This document shows, one piece after another, positions 55,571 to 64,000 of a stretch of DNA of 64,000 nt (the stretch's first letter is position 1; each line of letters starts with the position of its first letter). The translations under genes were made by a program, and so were the position numbers. The DNA is from Bacteroidales bacterium (GTDB lineage Bacteria > Bacteroidota > Bacteroidia > Bacteroidales > VadinHA17): positions 906 to 64,905 of the forward strand of contig DATALC010000105.1 in NCBI GenBank assembly GCA_036261265.1, written 5' to 3'. A model generated the notes under the pieces. That model saw only the letters and a program-made list of their open reading frames with translations, had not been told where the DNA came from and searched no databases.

Positions 55571-56122
55571 TTATAGATAAATAAGGAGGAATATTAGAGG
55601 GAGTATTATTCCTATTGTGGTCAGGATGGCGCCACGGCGGGTGATTCCATTTTTCCCTTTTACGAGGAAGAGACCTGTGATTGTGACGAGCATGAGAAGG
55701 ACACAGAATAAATCGCTGAAGTACTTCCATAATACTCCCGGGTTATAGTGGAGAAAATTTATCTGGAAGAACAGAGGTCGTTTGCTTATTCTCTCTACTG
55801 AGCATTCTCCTGTTGTGATGTTAATTCTTACAAGGCCTCCTTCAATGAAGATCGTTGCTGTATTTCCCGAGGGAAAATATGATGCTTTGAAGCTTTTTTC
55901 AAGATGAGCTTCTTTAAGTATATTCCGGGCAAGTTCATCATTGAAGCTTTCCCTTGTTACACTCTTCTCAGTCTTAAAAACACGGCTGTCAATTACGTAG
56001 TTCGGATTCCAGTCATTCTTGTGATTCAGTGTGATTCCCGAAAGAGCATAGATTATTGTAAGGCCGGCAATAAAATATCCTATATCCCTGTGTGTTATCC
56101 TGTTGAGGCGTGAAAAATTCAT
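55571..56122 (-). CDS. PepSY-associated TM-helix protein
   Basis: 183 aa. N-terminus ITHRDIGYFIAGLTIIYALSGITLNH, with a second and third TM near the C-terminus. Confidence 0.75.
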   Translation of the reverse strand: MNFSRLNRITHRDIGYFIAGLTIIYALSGITLNHKNDWNPNYVIDSRVFKTEKSVTRESFNDELARNILKEAHLEKSFKASYFPSGNTATIFIEGGLVRINITTGECSVERISKRPLFFQINFLHYNPGVLWKYFSDLFCVLLMLVTITGLFLVKGKNGITRRGAILTTIGIILPLIFLLIYL

Positions 56123-56142
56123 AACCAGACTGATACTGTTTT

Positions 56143-56189
56143 ATAAAAAATACTCCTTTATCATTGTCATGATCCAATGATAAAGGAGT
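56143..56189 (-). terminator. Strong intrinsic terminator after the 56210-56701 gene
   Basis: Perfect 15-bp stem ACTCCTTTATCATTG / CAATGATAAAGGAGT with an 8-nt loop, followed on the minus strand by ATTTTTTAT. Confidence 0.8.
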
Positions 56190-56209
56190 CAGTCATAATA
56201 GAAAAAATG

Positions 56210-56701
56210 TTATTTTACTTCGTGGCTGATATACTCCATCATCACATCAGCAAGAGCATTCTGTGAAGCAAGCGCTGTTTCTGTTTCGCATGAATCGGCA
56301 GGCATTCCACCTTCCTGTTTCATAGCTTCACCTTCAGCTTTTGCTTTTCCTTCCATTGCCATTCCACCTGTTTTTACGAGCTTTCCTTCAACTACAACCG
56401 TGCTTCCGAGAAGCTCCATAGGGAATTTTGGCATGTTTTCACCGGCCTGGATATATAATCTGATATCAGGATTTTCACCGACTATGAAAAGCTTTTTGCC
56501 GCTTTCCATGCACACATGTACAACCTTACCTTCTACCGATATTGTTTTATCCATATAATTCCCCGGATTTTCAATGAGAGATGCAAACTCAACTTTTGTG
56601 GCATCGGTTGAGGTGTCATTTTTAGCTTCATTTTTTGGAGCATTTCCGCATGATGCGATAAATACGGTAACAAGCATTGCTGAAAGTAGACGTTTGATCA
56701 T
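56210..56701 (-). CDS. Lipoprotein, hypothetical, with Met-rich segment
   Basis: 163 aa with lipobox VFIASCGN. The central beta-rich core is (ISVEGKVVHVC...VVVEGKLV), followed by GGMAMEGKAKAEGEAMKQEGGMPADSC. Confidence 0.7.
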   Translation of the reverse strand: MIKRLLSAMLVTVFIASCGNAPKNEAKNDTSTDATKVEFASLIENPGNYMDKTISVEGKVVHVCMESGKKLFIVGENPDIRLYIQAGENMPKFPMELLGSTVVVEGKLVKTGGMAMEGKAKAEGEAMKQEGGMPADSCETETALASQNALADVMMEYISHEVK

Positions 56702-56895
56702 TTTAGTATAGTTTATTGTTTAAGTTAGTTTTGTTCAAAGATTGCCCAAATATCTTAAAAATACTTAAAATAAAAAAGGAACATCGGCATGTTGTTTTTG
56801 TTTATTGATTTCATATTGATATCATCACCAATTACAATCTCATGTTTTTAACCTGCTCTTTACAAAATAATTATCTTTATAAAAATTTTTATTTA

Positions 56896-59763
56896 ATGAA
56901 ATACATAGCTCATTCAATCAGATCATTACTGATACTGGCTCTCATCATGTTCTTCGCAGGATGCGCCAGGAAAGCTTCAGACGAGAAGCTTACATTAAAT
57001 TACGAGAAATATACGATGCCAAACGGTTTACAGGTTGTTCTGCATACAGATCATTCCGATCCTGTAATTTCCTATGCGATAATGTATCATGTGGGATCGA
57101 GCAGGGAAATACCTGGCCGCACAGGCTTTGCCCACCTTTTTGAACATCTCCTGTTTACAGGTTCCGAGAATGTTCCTGCAGGAAAATTCGACAGGGTAAT
57201 TGAGAGCATGGGCGGATCGAACAATGGATTCACATCGAAAGATGTTACAACATATTTCGAGATTTTCCCGAAAAATGCTCTCGAGAAGGTTCTCTGGCTC
57301 GAATCGGACAGGATGGGATTCTTTATTAATTCAATTACTCCAAGATCGCTTGCAATTCAGCAGAATGTTGTCCAGAATGAAAAGCGACAGGGCGAGGATA
57401 ATTCACCTTATGGTTTTACTGACTATGTGATCACAAAAAACCTGTATCCTTCAGATCACCCATATAACTGGGAAGTTATTGGCGAAATGGAAGATCTGAA
57501 GAACGCATCGATTGAAGATGTAAGAGAATATTATGACAAGTTCTATGGCCCGAATAATGCAACACTTGTTCTTGCAGGTGATTTCGATGCTGATTCTGTT
57601 AAGATTCTGCTCAATAAGTATTTCGGAGAAATAAAATCGCATGGAGACGTGCAATCACGTCAACCGATGGTTCCTGCTCTTGAACAATCAAAAAAGCTGT
57701 ATCATGAAGATAATTTTGCTAATGTCCCTGAGCTTACATTGGTATGGCCCGTTCCCCAATCATACAGCAAGGATGCTTATGCTCTTGATTTTCTTGCCCG
57801 AATCCTTTCTGATGGCAAAAAAGCGCCTCTTTATAAAGTCCTTGTAAAGGAAAAACAACTTACATCTGAAGCTTCAGCATATAATAATGCACAGGAGCTT
57901 GCCGGTGAGTTTACAATAAACATAAGAGCCAATGAGGGTAAGAACCTGAAAGAGATAGAAAATGCAGTATATGAAGGTTTCGACAGGTTTGAAAGGGAAG
58001 GAATAACCGAAAAGGATGTTGAAAGGGTGAAAGCTTCAATGGAAAAGAACTTTTATAACGGGATTACAAGTGTTTACGGGAAATCAATCCAGCTTGCTTT
58101 CTATAATACCTTTCTCAATGATCCGGGGTTCATCGAAAAAGATATTGAAAATATAAAAGCTGTTACTCTCGATGATATCAAGGCTGCATACAATAAATAC
58201 ATAAAGGGGAAACCCTGTATTGTAACAAGCTTTGTACCGAAAGGAAAGACAGATATGATGGCTGAAAATTCAACGCCTGCCGGTATAAAGGAAGAGAATA
58301 TAAACGAAGCCACGCAGGTTGAGATTGCATCCGTTTCAGATGAAAAGATCCCAAAAACATCTTCAACAATTGACAGGACCGCAGAACCATCTGCAGGGAA
58401 AGATCCTTCTGTTAAAGTACCAACTATATGGAGAGCTGAACTTGAGAACGGAATAAAGCTTTCAGGTATTGAGAACAGGGAATTGCCTCTTGCTGAGGTC
58501 AGGATTTTTGTAGACGGTGGAATAAAGCAGGATAGGTTAGAGCTTCCCGGAGTAGCAAACATGGTTGCAAATGTGCTTCCGCAAGGAACACAAAATAAAA
58601 CACCCGAGGAGCTTGAGGAGGAAATCCAGTTACTTGGTTCATCAATTAATGTCTCTGCAGGTAAGGAAGAGATGCTCATAAGCGCCGCCACACTCTCACG
58701 CAATTTTGATAAAACAATTGAACTTGTTAAGGAGATCATTCTTACACCCAGGTGGGATTCCACGGAGTTTGTTATTGCACAGACAAGAAACAGGAACAGG
58801 ATAATACAATCGGAAGTCCAGCCACGCAGTGTGGCAGGATTACTGTTCAGTAAGCTGTTATATGGAACAAACAATATTTACGGCTATAGTTCACTTGGTA
58901 CAAGGGAATCAATAGATAAAATCAGTATTGAGGATCTGAAAGCGTTCTATGAAAAGAATTTTTCGCCTTCAGTCACTACAATTCAGATTGCCGGAAATAT
59001 CTCACGCGACCAGGCTCTTAAGTCATTTGAATCTTTGGGCAAGGAATGGAAAGCAAAAGAAGTTGTAATAAACAAATACGATCTTCCTGAAAATCCTGAA
59101 AAATCACAGATCTACTTTTACGATATCCCCGGTTCACGTCAGTCAGTAATTAATATAGGATATCTGACTCTTACGCGGGACAATCCCGACTATCCGAAGG
59201 CAGATTTCGTTAATTACAGGCTTGGAGGTGCTTTCACAAGCATTTTAAACCAGATACTGCGTGAGGAAAAAGGGTATACGTATGGCGCATCAAGCTACTT
59301 CCAGGAAACGAAGGGCAGGGCGCCGTTCATCGCTTCAACCAGTGTGAGATCAGATGCCACTCTTGAATCAGTAAAGATCTTTATCGATGAGATGAGAAAA
59401 TACAGGCAGGGCATATCACAGGATGAGCTTCAATTCATAAAGGATTGCATGATAAGGGCCGATGCTCTCAGATTTGAAACAAATGGCTCGCTTGTCGGAA
59501 TGCTTGGTACAATTGCGAAGTACAACTTCCCTGATGATTTTGTGCAGAAAGAAGAGGAGGTTATCAGGAACATGACTGTTGAGGAGCACAAGGCAATAAC
59601 AGGCAAATATGTTGATCCTGATAAGATGTACTATGTTATTGTCGGAGATGCTGCAACCCAGCTAAAACCACTCGAAAAAGCAGGTTTCGGCAAACCAGTT
59701 CAGGTGAATTCTCAAAGTATTGATAATACGGGATCAGTGAATATGGGTGGAGAGCTCCATTAA
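56896..59763 (+). CDS. M16-family (pitrilysin/insulinase-like) zinc peptidase, tandem double unit, lipoprotein
   Basis: Start MKYIAHSIRSLLILALIMFFAGC (ATG 56896). It has the inverted zinc motif HLFEHLLF plus a downstream E, and a second inactive-type M16 pair in the C-terminal half. Confidence 0.9.
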   Translation: MKYIAHSIRSLLILALIMFFAGCARKASDEKLTLNYEKYTMPNGLQVVLHTDHSDPVISYAIMYHVGSSREIPGRTGFAHLFEHLLFTGSENVPAGKFDRVIESMGGSNNGFTSKDVTTYFEIFPKNALEKVLWLESDRMGFFINSITPRSLAIQQNVVQNEKRQGEDNSPYGFTDYVITKNLYPSDHPYNWEVIGEMEDLKNASIEDVREYYDKFYGPNNATLVLAGDFDADSVKILLNKYFGEIKSHGDVQSRQPMVPALEQSKKLYHEDNFANVPELTLVWPVPQSYSKDAYALDFLARILSDGKKAPLYKVLVKEKQLTSEASAYNNAQELAGEFTINIRANEGKNLKEIENAVYEGFDRFEREGITEKDVERVKASMEKNFYNGITSVYGKSIQLAFYNTFLNDPGFIEKDIENIKAVTLDDIKAAYNKYIKGKPCIVTSFVPKGKTDMMAENSTPAGIKEENINEATQVEIASVSDEKIPKTSSTIDRTAEPSAGKDPSVKVPTIWRAELENGIKLSGIENRELPLAEVRIFVDGGIKQDRLELPGVANMVANVLPQGTQNKTPEELEEEIQLLGSSINVSAGKEEMLISAATLSRNFDKTIELVKEIILTPRWDSTEFVIAQTRNRNRIIQSEVQPRSVAGLLFSKLLYGTNNIYGYSSLGTRESIDKISIEDLKAFYEKNFSPSVTTIQIAGNISRDQALKSFESLGKEWKAKEVVINKYDLPENPEKSQIYFYDIPGSRQSVINIGYLTLTRDNPDYPKADFVNYRLGGAFTSILNQILREEKGYTYGASSYFQETKGRAPFIASTSVRSDATLESVKIFIDEMRKYRQGISQDELQFIKDCMIRADALRFETNGSLVGMLGTIAKYNFPDDFVQKEEEVIRNMTVEEHKAITGKYVDPDKMYYVIVGDAATQLKPLEKAGFGKPVQVNSQSIDNTGSVNMGGELH

Positions 59764-61400
59764 TTCCCTGTAACATTCATAGAAGCGACATAATAATCCG
59801 GATCTGTAACTATTTCCGGATTTTCTGTTCCTATATCAAGTGTGGCAAAAGTTGTTGTAGGTTTTAAATTCATTTCTTTTCCCGAGACATAAATTTTAAC
59901 AGGCATATTGAATCCTGCCACACAATTATTCCAGCGAAACATAAGCTGTTTCCCTTTAACCGAATACTCCAGTACAGGTATCCTTACATCCCTCAGGTAC
60001 TGGTTGAAGAATGCAGTCAGGTTCAATCCTGTTTTTTCAGACAGATAATTTTCGATCTGCGAACCTTTAACAACCTTGTGATAAAAATCGCTGTTAATTT
60101 CCCTGAGTATCTGCCTCCACTTCTCATCATTATTAACTATCTGCCGTAACGTGTGAAGCATGCTTCCGCCCTTATAATACATATCTCCTGATCCGGAATA
60201 ATTAACATTGTATATCCCGACAATCGGACGATCGTTTTTTATATTCAACCGTGAACCTCTTATGTATTCTGCGCCTGCCTGCTTGCCATAGTAATACTCA
60301 ACATACAATCCTTCCGAGTAATTTGTAAAGCTTTCATGAACCCACATGTCAGCAATATCTTCGTAGGTAATGCTGTTTGCAAACCATTCATGGCCCGATT
60401 CATGAATAATTATGAAGTCAAATTTATCACCCCATCCGGTGCTGCTGAGATCGATACCATGATAACCATTCTGAAAGCCATTGCCGTAAGTCACCGAGCT
60501 CTGGTGTTCCATGCCAAGATAGGGCGCCTGTACAAGCTTGTAACCATCCTCATAGAAAGGATAAGGGCCGAACCAGTATTCAAATGCCTTCAGCATCATC
60601 GGAGCCTGTTTGAACTGGATCCTGGCTTTGTCAAGATCCTTTTTCAGAACATAATAGTTGCAATCAAGAGGTCCCTTTTCCCCATTAAATACTTCAGAGA
60701 AATGTGCATAATCTGCAACATTAATGTTCACCCCGTAGTTATTAACCGGATTAGCGACAAACCAGTTGTAAGTTTTTGTTCCGTTACTTTGAGGATCGAC
60801 GCTCCTTAGCCTGCCATTTGAAACATCAATAAGGTTGCCCGGAACATTCACACTTATAAGCATACTATCGGGTTCATCGTACATGTGATCTTTGCATGGC
60901 CACCACATGCTGGCTCCCTCCCCCTGGTTTGAATTTGCGACAAACGGGAGTCCATTATCGTCGGTCGTCCATGTTATGCCGCCATCCCATGGAGGTCGTT
61001 TTGCGATCGCCGGCTTTCCTCCAAACTCAATCTTAACTGAGTATGTTTTACCCGTTTCCTGAATGCCTGTTGAGATCAGGAACACATTAACATCGCGCGT
61101 GAAAGGAAGCCCTTTCCCATTCATAGTGACCCGTGATATATTCATCGGAGGCTGAAGGTCAATCTGCATTTTAGCGTAAGGCTTCAGAACAGTATAGAAG
61201 ATTGTGTTTGAACCTTTTATTGTACTGTCAGAAGGATTAACCACAATATTCAGGTCATAGTATTTAAGATCCCACCATGCACGTTCCGGAGTTATTGATC
61301 CGCGTAAAGTATCCTGTTTTGTAAAAACTGGCGTTTGTCCTGAAGTATTGATGTACAGGAACATGAAAAAGACAAGAATGATCTTCAGATTATTTTTCAT
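59760..61400 (-). CDS. M1-family metallopeptidase (aminopeptidase N-like), exported
   Basis: Start MKNNLKIILVFFMFLY (ATG complement 61398-61400). Contains GMEHQS, HESGHEWF and WVHESF (HExxH-18-E). Confidence 0.9.
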   Translation of the reverse strand: MKNNLKIILVFFMFLYINTSGQTPVFTKQDTLRGSITPERAWWDLKYYDLNIVVNPSDSTIKGSNTIFYTVLKPYAKMQIDLQPPMNISRVTMNGKGLPFTRDVNVFLISTGIQETGKTYSVKIEFGGKPAIAKRPPWDGGITWTTDDNGLPFVANSNQGEGASMWWPCKDHMYDEPDSMLISVNVPGNLIDVSNGRLRSVDPQSNGTKTYNWFVANPVNNYGVNINVADYAHFSEVFNGEKGPLDCNYYVLKKDLDKARIQFKQAPMMLKAFEYWFGPYPFYEDGYKLVQAPYLGMEHQSSVTYGNGFQNGYHGIDLSSTGWGDKFDFIIIHESGHEWFANSITYEDIADMWVHESFTNYSEGLYVEYYYGKQAGAEYIRGSRLNIKNDRPIVGIYNVNYSGSGDMYYKGGSMLHTLRQIVNNDEKWRQILREINSDFYHKVVKGSQIENYLSEKTGLNLTAFFNQYLRDVRIPVLEYSVKGKQLMFRWNNCVAGFNMPVKIYVSGKEMNLKPTTTFATLDIGTENPEIVTDPDYYVASMNVTGN

Positions 61401-64000
61401 TTGAATCCTCTGTAATGCTGAATGAGTATTTTCCTGATTGCAGATTAAGAACGAATGTCCCGTCTTTATCTTTTTCAGTTTTGATATGTTTGTTTGATGA
61501 TAATTTTTTTCCTCCTTCAACAATACCTGATGCTTTCAGGAGTAATGTTGCAGTGCTGTTGGCGGGGATAATGATATCATAAACAATATGTCCATCCTCT
61601 TTTCGCCAGGATGAAACTATTTTGCCGTAAGGTCCTTCATGCTCGGCTTCAAAATGATTCAATCCTTTTACAAAGCGGGGCCTGAGAATGACGTTTTTAA
61701 ACCCGGGATCAGCCTCGTCAGGGAACATTCCTCCTAATGCCTTGTACATCCATGCGCCGATTTCACCAAACATAATGTGATTCATTGAGATATCCGATTT
61801 TGAATCTATGGGCCAGTTTTCATACAGTGTTGTAGCGCCGTTAACGATCCACCAGCCCCAGGAGGGGAATTTATCCCTTGAGGCAAGCTCAAAGGCAAGA
61901 TCCTCATAACCGTTTTCACTGAGTGCATTCAGGATGGCTTTTGTACCAAGAAGCCCCACATCCATCTTCCCTCCGTTGTTCATAATGCTTTTTGCAAGAT
62001 TATCAGCCACAATTTGTCTCATTTCATCAGGCACTATGCCCCAGTAAAGCGGAACGCACTGTTCAGTCTGAAGACCGGTTCCATAAATTCCTTTTTCCCT
62101 GTTAAGGTACTTTGAGTTAACAGCATCTTTGATCTTAACTGCTAGAGCAGTATATTTTTCCCTGTCTTCATCCTTACCGAGTAATCCGGCAGCCTTTGAA
62201 AGGATCAATACATCGGTATAATAATATATCGAGGAAGTAAGCTCTTTTGCCGTTACTGAGTTTATAGGTATCCAGTCGCCAAGACCCCAGTCTGTAAGAC
62301 CTGATGGGCTCATAGCATCGATGTGATCAACATATCGTTTTATATTCGGATAACATTGTTCAAGAAGAGCCGGATCACCGTAAAAGAGGTAAATATTCCA
62401 GGGTATTATTGCTATAGTGCTTGTCCAGTCAGGGCCGTTTGCCCAATGATAGCCCCAGCCGCTTGTGGGGATAATTGCAGGAAGAACACCGTTAGGCTGT
62501 TGTTCATCCTGGTGATCCCTCAGCCATTTTTCATATACTGTTATTGCATCGAAATTATACAGGCCCGTCTCAGATGCAATATGAGCATCGCCTGTCCATC
62601 CGTTTTTTTCACGTTGTGGACAATCGGTTGGATAACCGAAAAGATTTGACAGGTATGAACTATTTGTTGCATGCCATATTTTGTTAAGAAGTGTGTCGGA
62701 TGAGTATATCCTTCCGGCAGGTGGAACATCACTGTGCATGAAATATCCCTTAAGGCTTTCCTTATTAATTTCAACTGTATTATCAGCGGTGACTTCAACA
62801 AACTGAAAACCTTTGTAGTTAAACCGTGGACGGAATGTTTCCTGACCTTTACCCGACAGGATGAAGATGTCTGTCTGGAAAGGATCGCTGTCATCTGTCG
62901 GTCTGTAATGAACGTCTATGTTTGACTGGTCCGCACGACCTGATTTATCGAGACGTTCCGAATGTTTCATCCTTATAACTGTTCCGGATTCACCTGAGAC
63001 TGTCAGACTGCTGACACCTGAAATATTTCTTCCAAGATCAAATACCCATGTTCGGTTATCGATCCGGTTCATGCCTTTTGGTTGTATCTCCTCAACAGCC
63101 CGGATAGGATGCATTACCTGTGCTGTAATGTTCTGCGAAGGGGCGCTGACGGCAATTGAGTTTTTCCACTTCGAATCATCAAACCCTGGTTTATTCCAGC
63201 CGGGCTGCTCAAGTCGTGCATCGTAATGTTCTGCTGTATAGATGCTGTTGAAAACAACAGGACTTAGCGATGTTTTCCAGTCAGTGCCACTCGGGATTAC
63301 TTCCTGTGATCCGTCTGTATAGGTTATATGAAGCTCAGCGCAGAAATTGGGTCGCGCTCTCCAGGGAGCCTCATGAAAGAACCAAACTGCAGTGGACTGG
63401 TGGTTATACCACCCGTTTCCAAGGATGACGCCGATAGCATTGTTGCCATCGTTCAGCATAGAAGTCACATCATGAACAACATAGAGAGTTCGCCTGTCGA
63501 AACGTGTATAAGCCGGATCGAGCATTGCATCGCCCGACTTTGTACCGTTAATGTATAGTTCGTAGAGACCTGCAACAGCAATATATACACGTGCCGAGTG
63601 AACAGGTTTGCCAGGTGAAAATTCCTTCCTGAAATAAGGCGCCGGTTTAAGGTTTATGTCTCTTGAATCGGCAATCCAGGTACCGGTCCAGTTATTTGTC
63701 TCCATTTTACCTGTTTCGAAGAAAGCAACAGGAGAGACATCCGAATGTCTTCCTGACCTGCCCCATATTCTTACACCCCAGTAGTAACGTGTTGAAGGTT
63801 TCAGTTCATTTCCTGAATAAGTAATAAGATTTTTCCCCGAGTTGATTTTATCTGAAATCCAGAGATTACCTCCTCCTTCAGCCACTTCAGTGGAATCTGT
63901 CCCTATAAAGACCCTGAAAGAAGTCTGTTTTGCGCCCATTCTCTCATCATCAAGCTGCCATGTGAGCCTTGGATGAGGATTCTCAACACCGAGAGGATTC
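61390..64000 (-). CDS. GH78 alpha-L-rhamnosidase (N-terminus runs off the window edge)
   Basis: Contains ARVYIAVAGLYELYINGTKSGD and FGYPTDCPQREKNGWTGDAH. The frame stays open upstream of the listed Met (complement of 63940-64000 reads NPLGVENPHPRLTWQLDDER), so the true start is outside the window. Confidence 0.92.
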   Translation of the reverse strand, partial: NPLGVENPHPRLTWQLDDERMGAKQTSFRVFIGTDSTEVAEGGGNLWISDKINSGKNLITYSGNELKPSTRYYWGVRIWGRSGRHSDVSPVAFFETGKMETNNWTGTWIADSRDINLKPAPYFRKEFSPGKPVHSARVYIAVAGLYELYINGTKSGDAMLDPAYTRFDRRTLYVVHDVTSMLNDGNNAIGVILGNGWYNHQSTAVWFFHEAPWRARPNFCAELHITYTDGSQEVIPSGTDWKTSLSPVVFNSIYTAEHYDARLEQPGWNKPGFDDSKWKNSIAVSAPSQNITAQVMHPIRAVEEIQPKGMNRIDNRTWVFDLGRNISGVSSLTVSGESGTVIRMKHSERLDKSGRADQSNIDVHYRPTDDSDPFQTDIFILSGKGQETFRPRFNYKGFQFVEVTADNTVEINKESLKGYFMHSDVPPAGRIYSSDTLLNKIWHATNSSYLSNLFGYPTDCPQREKNGWTGDAHIASETGLYNFDAITVYEKWLRDHQDEQQPNGVLPAIIPTSGWGYHWANGPDWTSTIAIIPWNIYLFYGDPALLEQCYPNIKRYVDHIDAMSPSGLTDWGLGDWIPINSVTAKELTSSIYYYTDVLILSKAAGLLGKDEDREKYTALAVKIKDAVNSKYLNREKGIYGTGLQTEQCVPLYWGIVPDEMRQIVADNLAKSIMNNGGKMDVGLLGTKAILNALSENGYEDLAFELASRDKFPSWGWWIVNGATTLYENWPIDSKSDISMNHIMFGEIGAWMYKALGGMFPDEADPGFKNVILRPRFVKGLNHFEAEHEGPYGKIVSSWRKEDGHIVYDIIIPANSTATLLLKASGIVEGGKKLSSNKHIKTEKDKDGTFVLNLQSGKYSFSITEDSNEK

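Noticed and set aside
58101-58874. Long antisense ORFs inside well-supported genes: 58101-58874 (257 aa), 51420-51983 (187 aa), 51853-52281, 23172-23666, 60336-60809, 29276-29749, 38362-38757 and 12543-12905
   Set aside because: These are shadow ORFs opposite strongly motif-supported genes. Their Ser/Leu/Ile/Phe-rich composition is typical of antisense frames, and they contain no recognisable domains.
1-64000. tRNA, rRNA, integrase, transposase, prophage, toxin-antitoxin and known defence-system genes
   Set aside because: None was found. All intergenic gaps over 100 nt were read on both strands without finding cloverleaf-like T-arm motifs. No ORF shows recombinase, transposase DDE, or defence-associated nuclease/ATPase signatures.

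Overview
The window reads as a dense chromosomal segment from an anaerobic Bacteroidota-type bacterium. Supporting signs are a T9SS C-terminal sorting domain, gldF/gldG, TAnnTTTG-type -7 promoter boxes, many lipoprotein or signal-peptide enzymes, and ferredoxin-dependent 2-oxoacid metabolism.

I call about 60 protein genes. I found no rRNA, tRNA, CRISPR array, integrase or transposase.

Housekeeping genes: xthA, pheT, surE, lpxB, dnaN, gmk, nadD, yicC and tatA.

Metabolic modules interleaved with them:
- An eight-gene operon at 12.4-20.4 kb: ADP-forming acyl-CoA synthetase, ACT protein, PaaK-type CoA ligase, aminotransferase and a four-subunit 2-oxoacid:ferredoxin oxidoreductase.
- Tryptophanase-family lyase next to a MATE exporter.
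- nagB-like/nagA/sodium-solute symporter beside a CBM9/DUF5916-like outer-membrane protein.
- A Tat-dependent, FAD-less molybdenum hydroxylase (XdhC, MocA, 2Fe-2S subunit, Mo subunit) next to an exported amidase and tatA.
- Exported peptidases (C69, M16, M1) and glycosidases (GH130, GH78, beta-helix T9SS cargo).

I could not identify a convincing new multi-gene defence, secretion or mobile system. The features least explained by ordinary annotation are non-coding:
- A C5-tract-rich 25-bp tandem array with head/tail modules and an inverted head copy, between the divergent pheT and surE promoters.
- A duplicated, roughly 220-bp multi-hairpin module filling the 575-bp convergent spacer at 42.7-43.3 kb.
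- Two short tandem-repeat arrays (9-bp and 8-bp units) that fill convergent gene junctions.

Functional calls rest on motif recognition in the supplied translations and on my own translation of unlisted ORFs. No database search was run.
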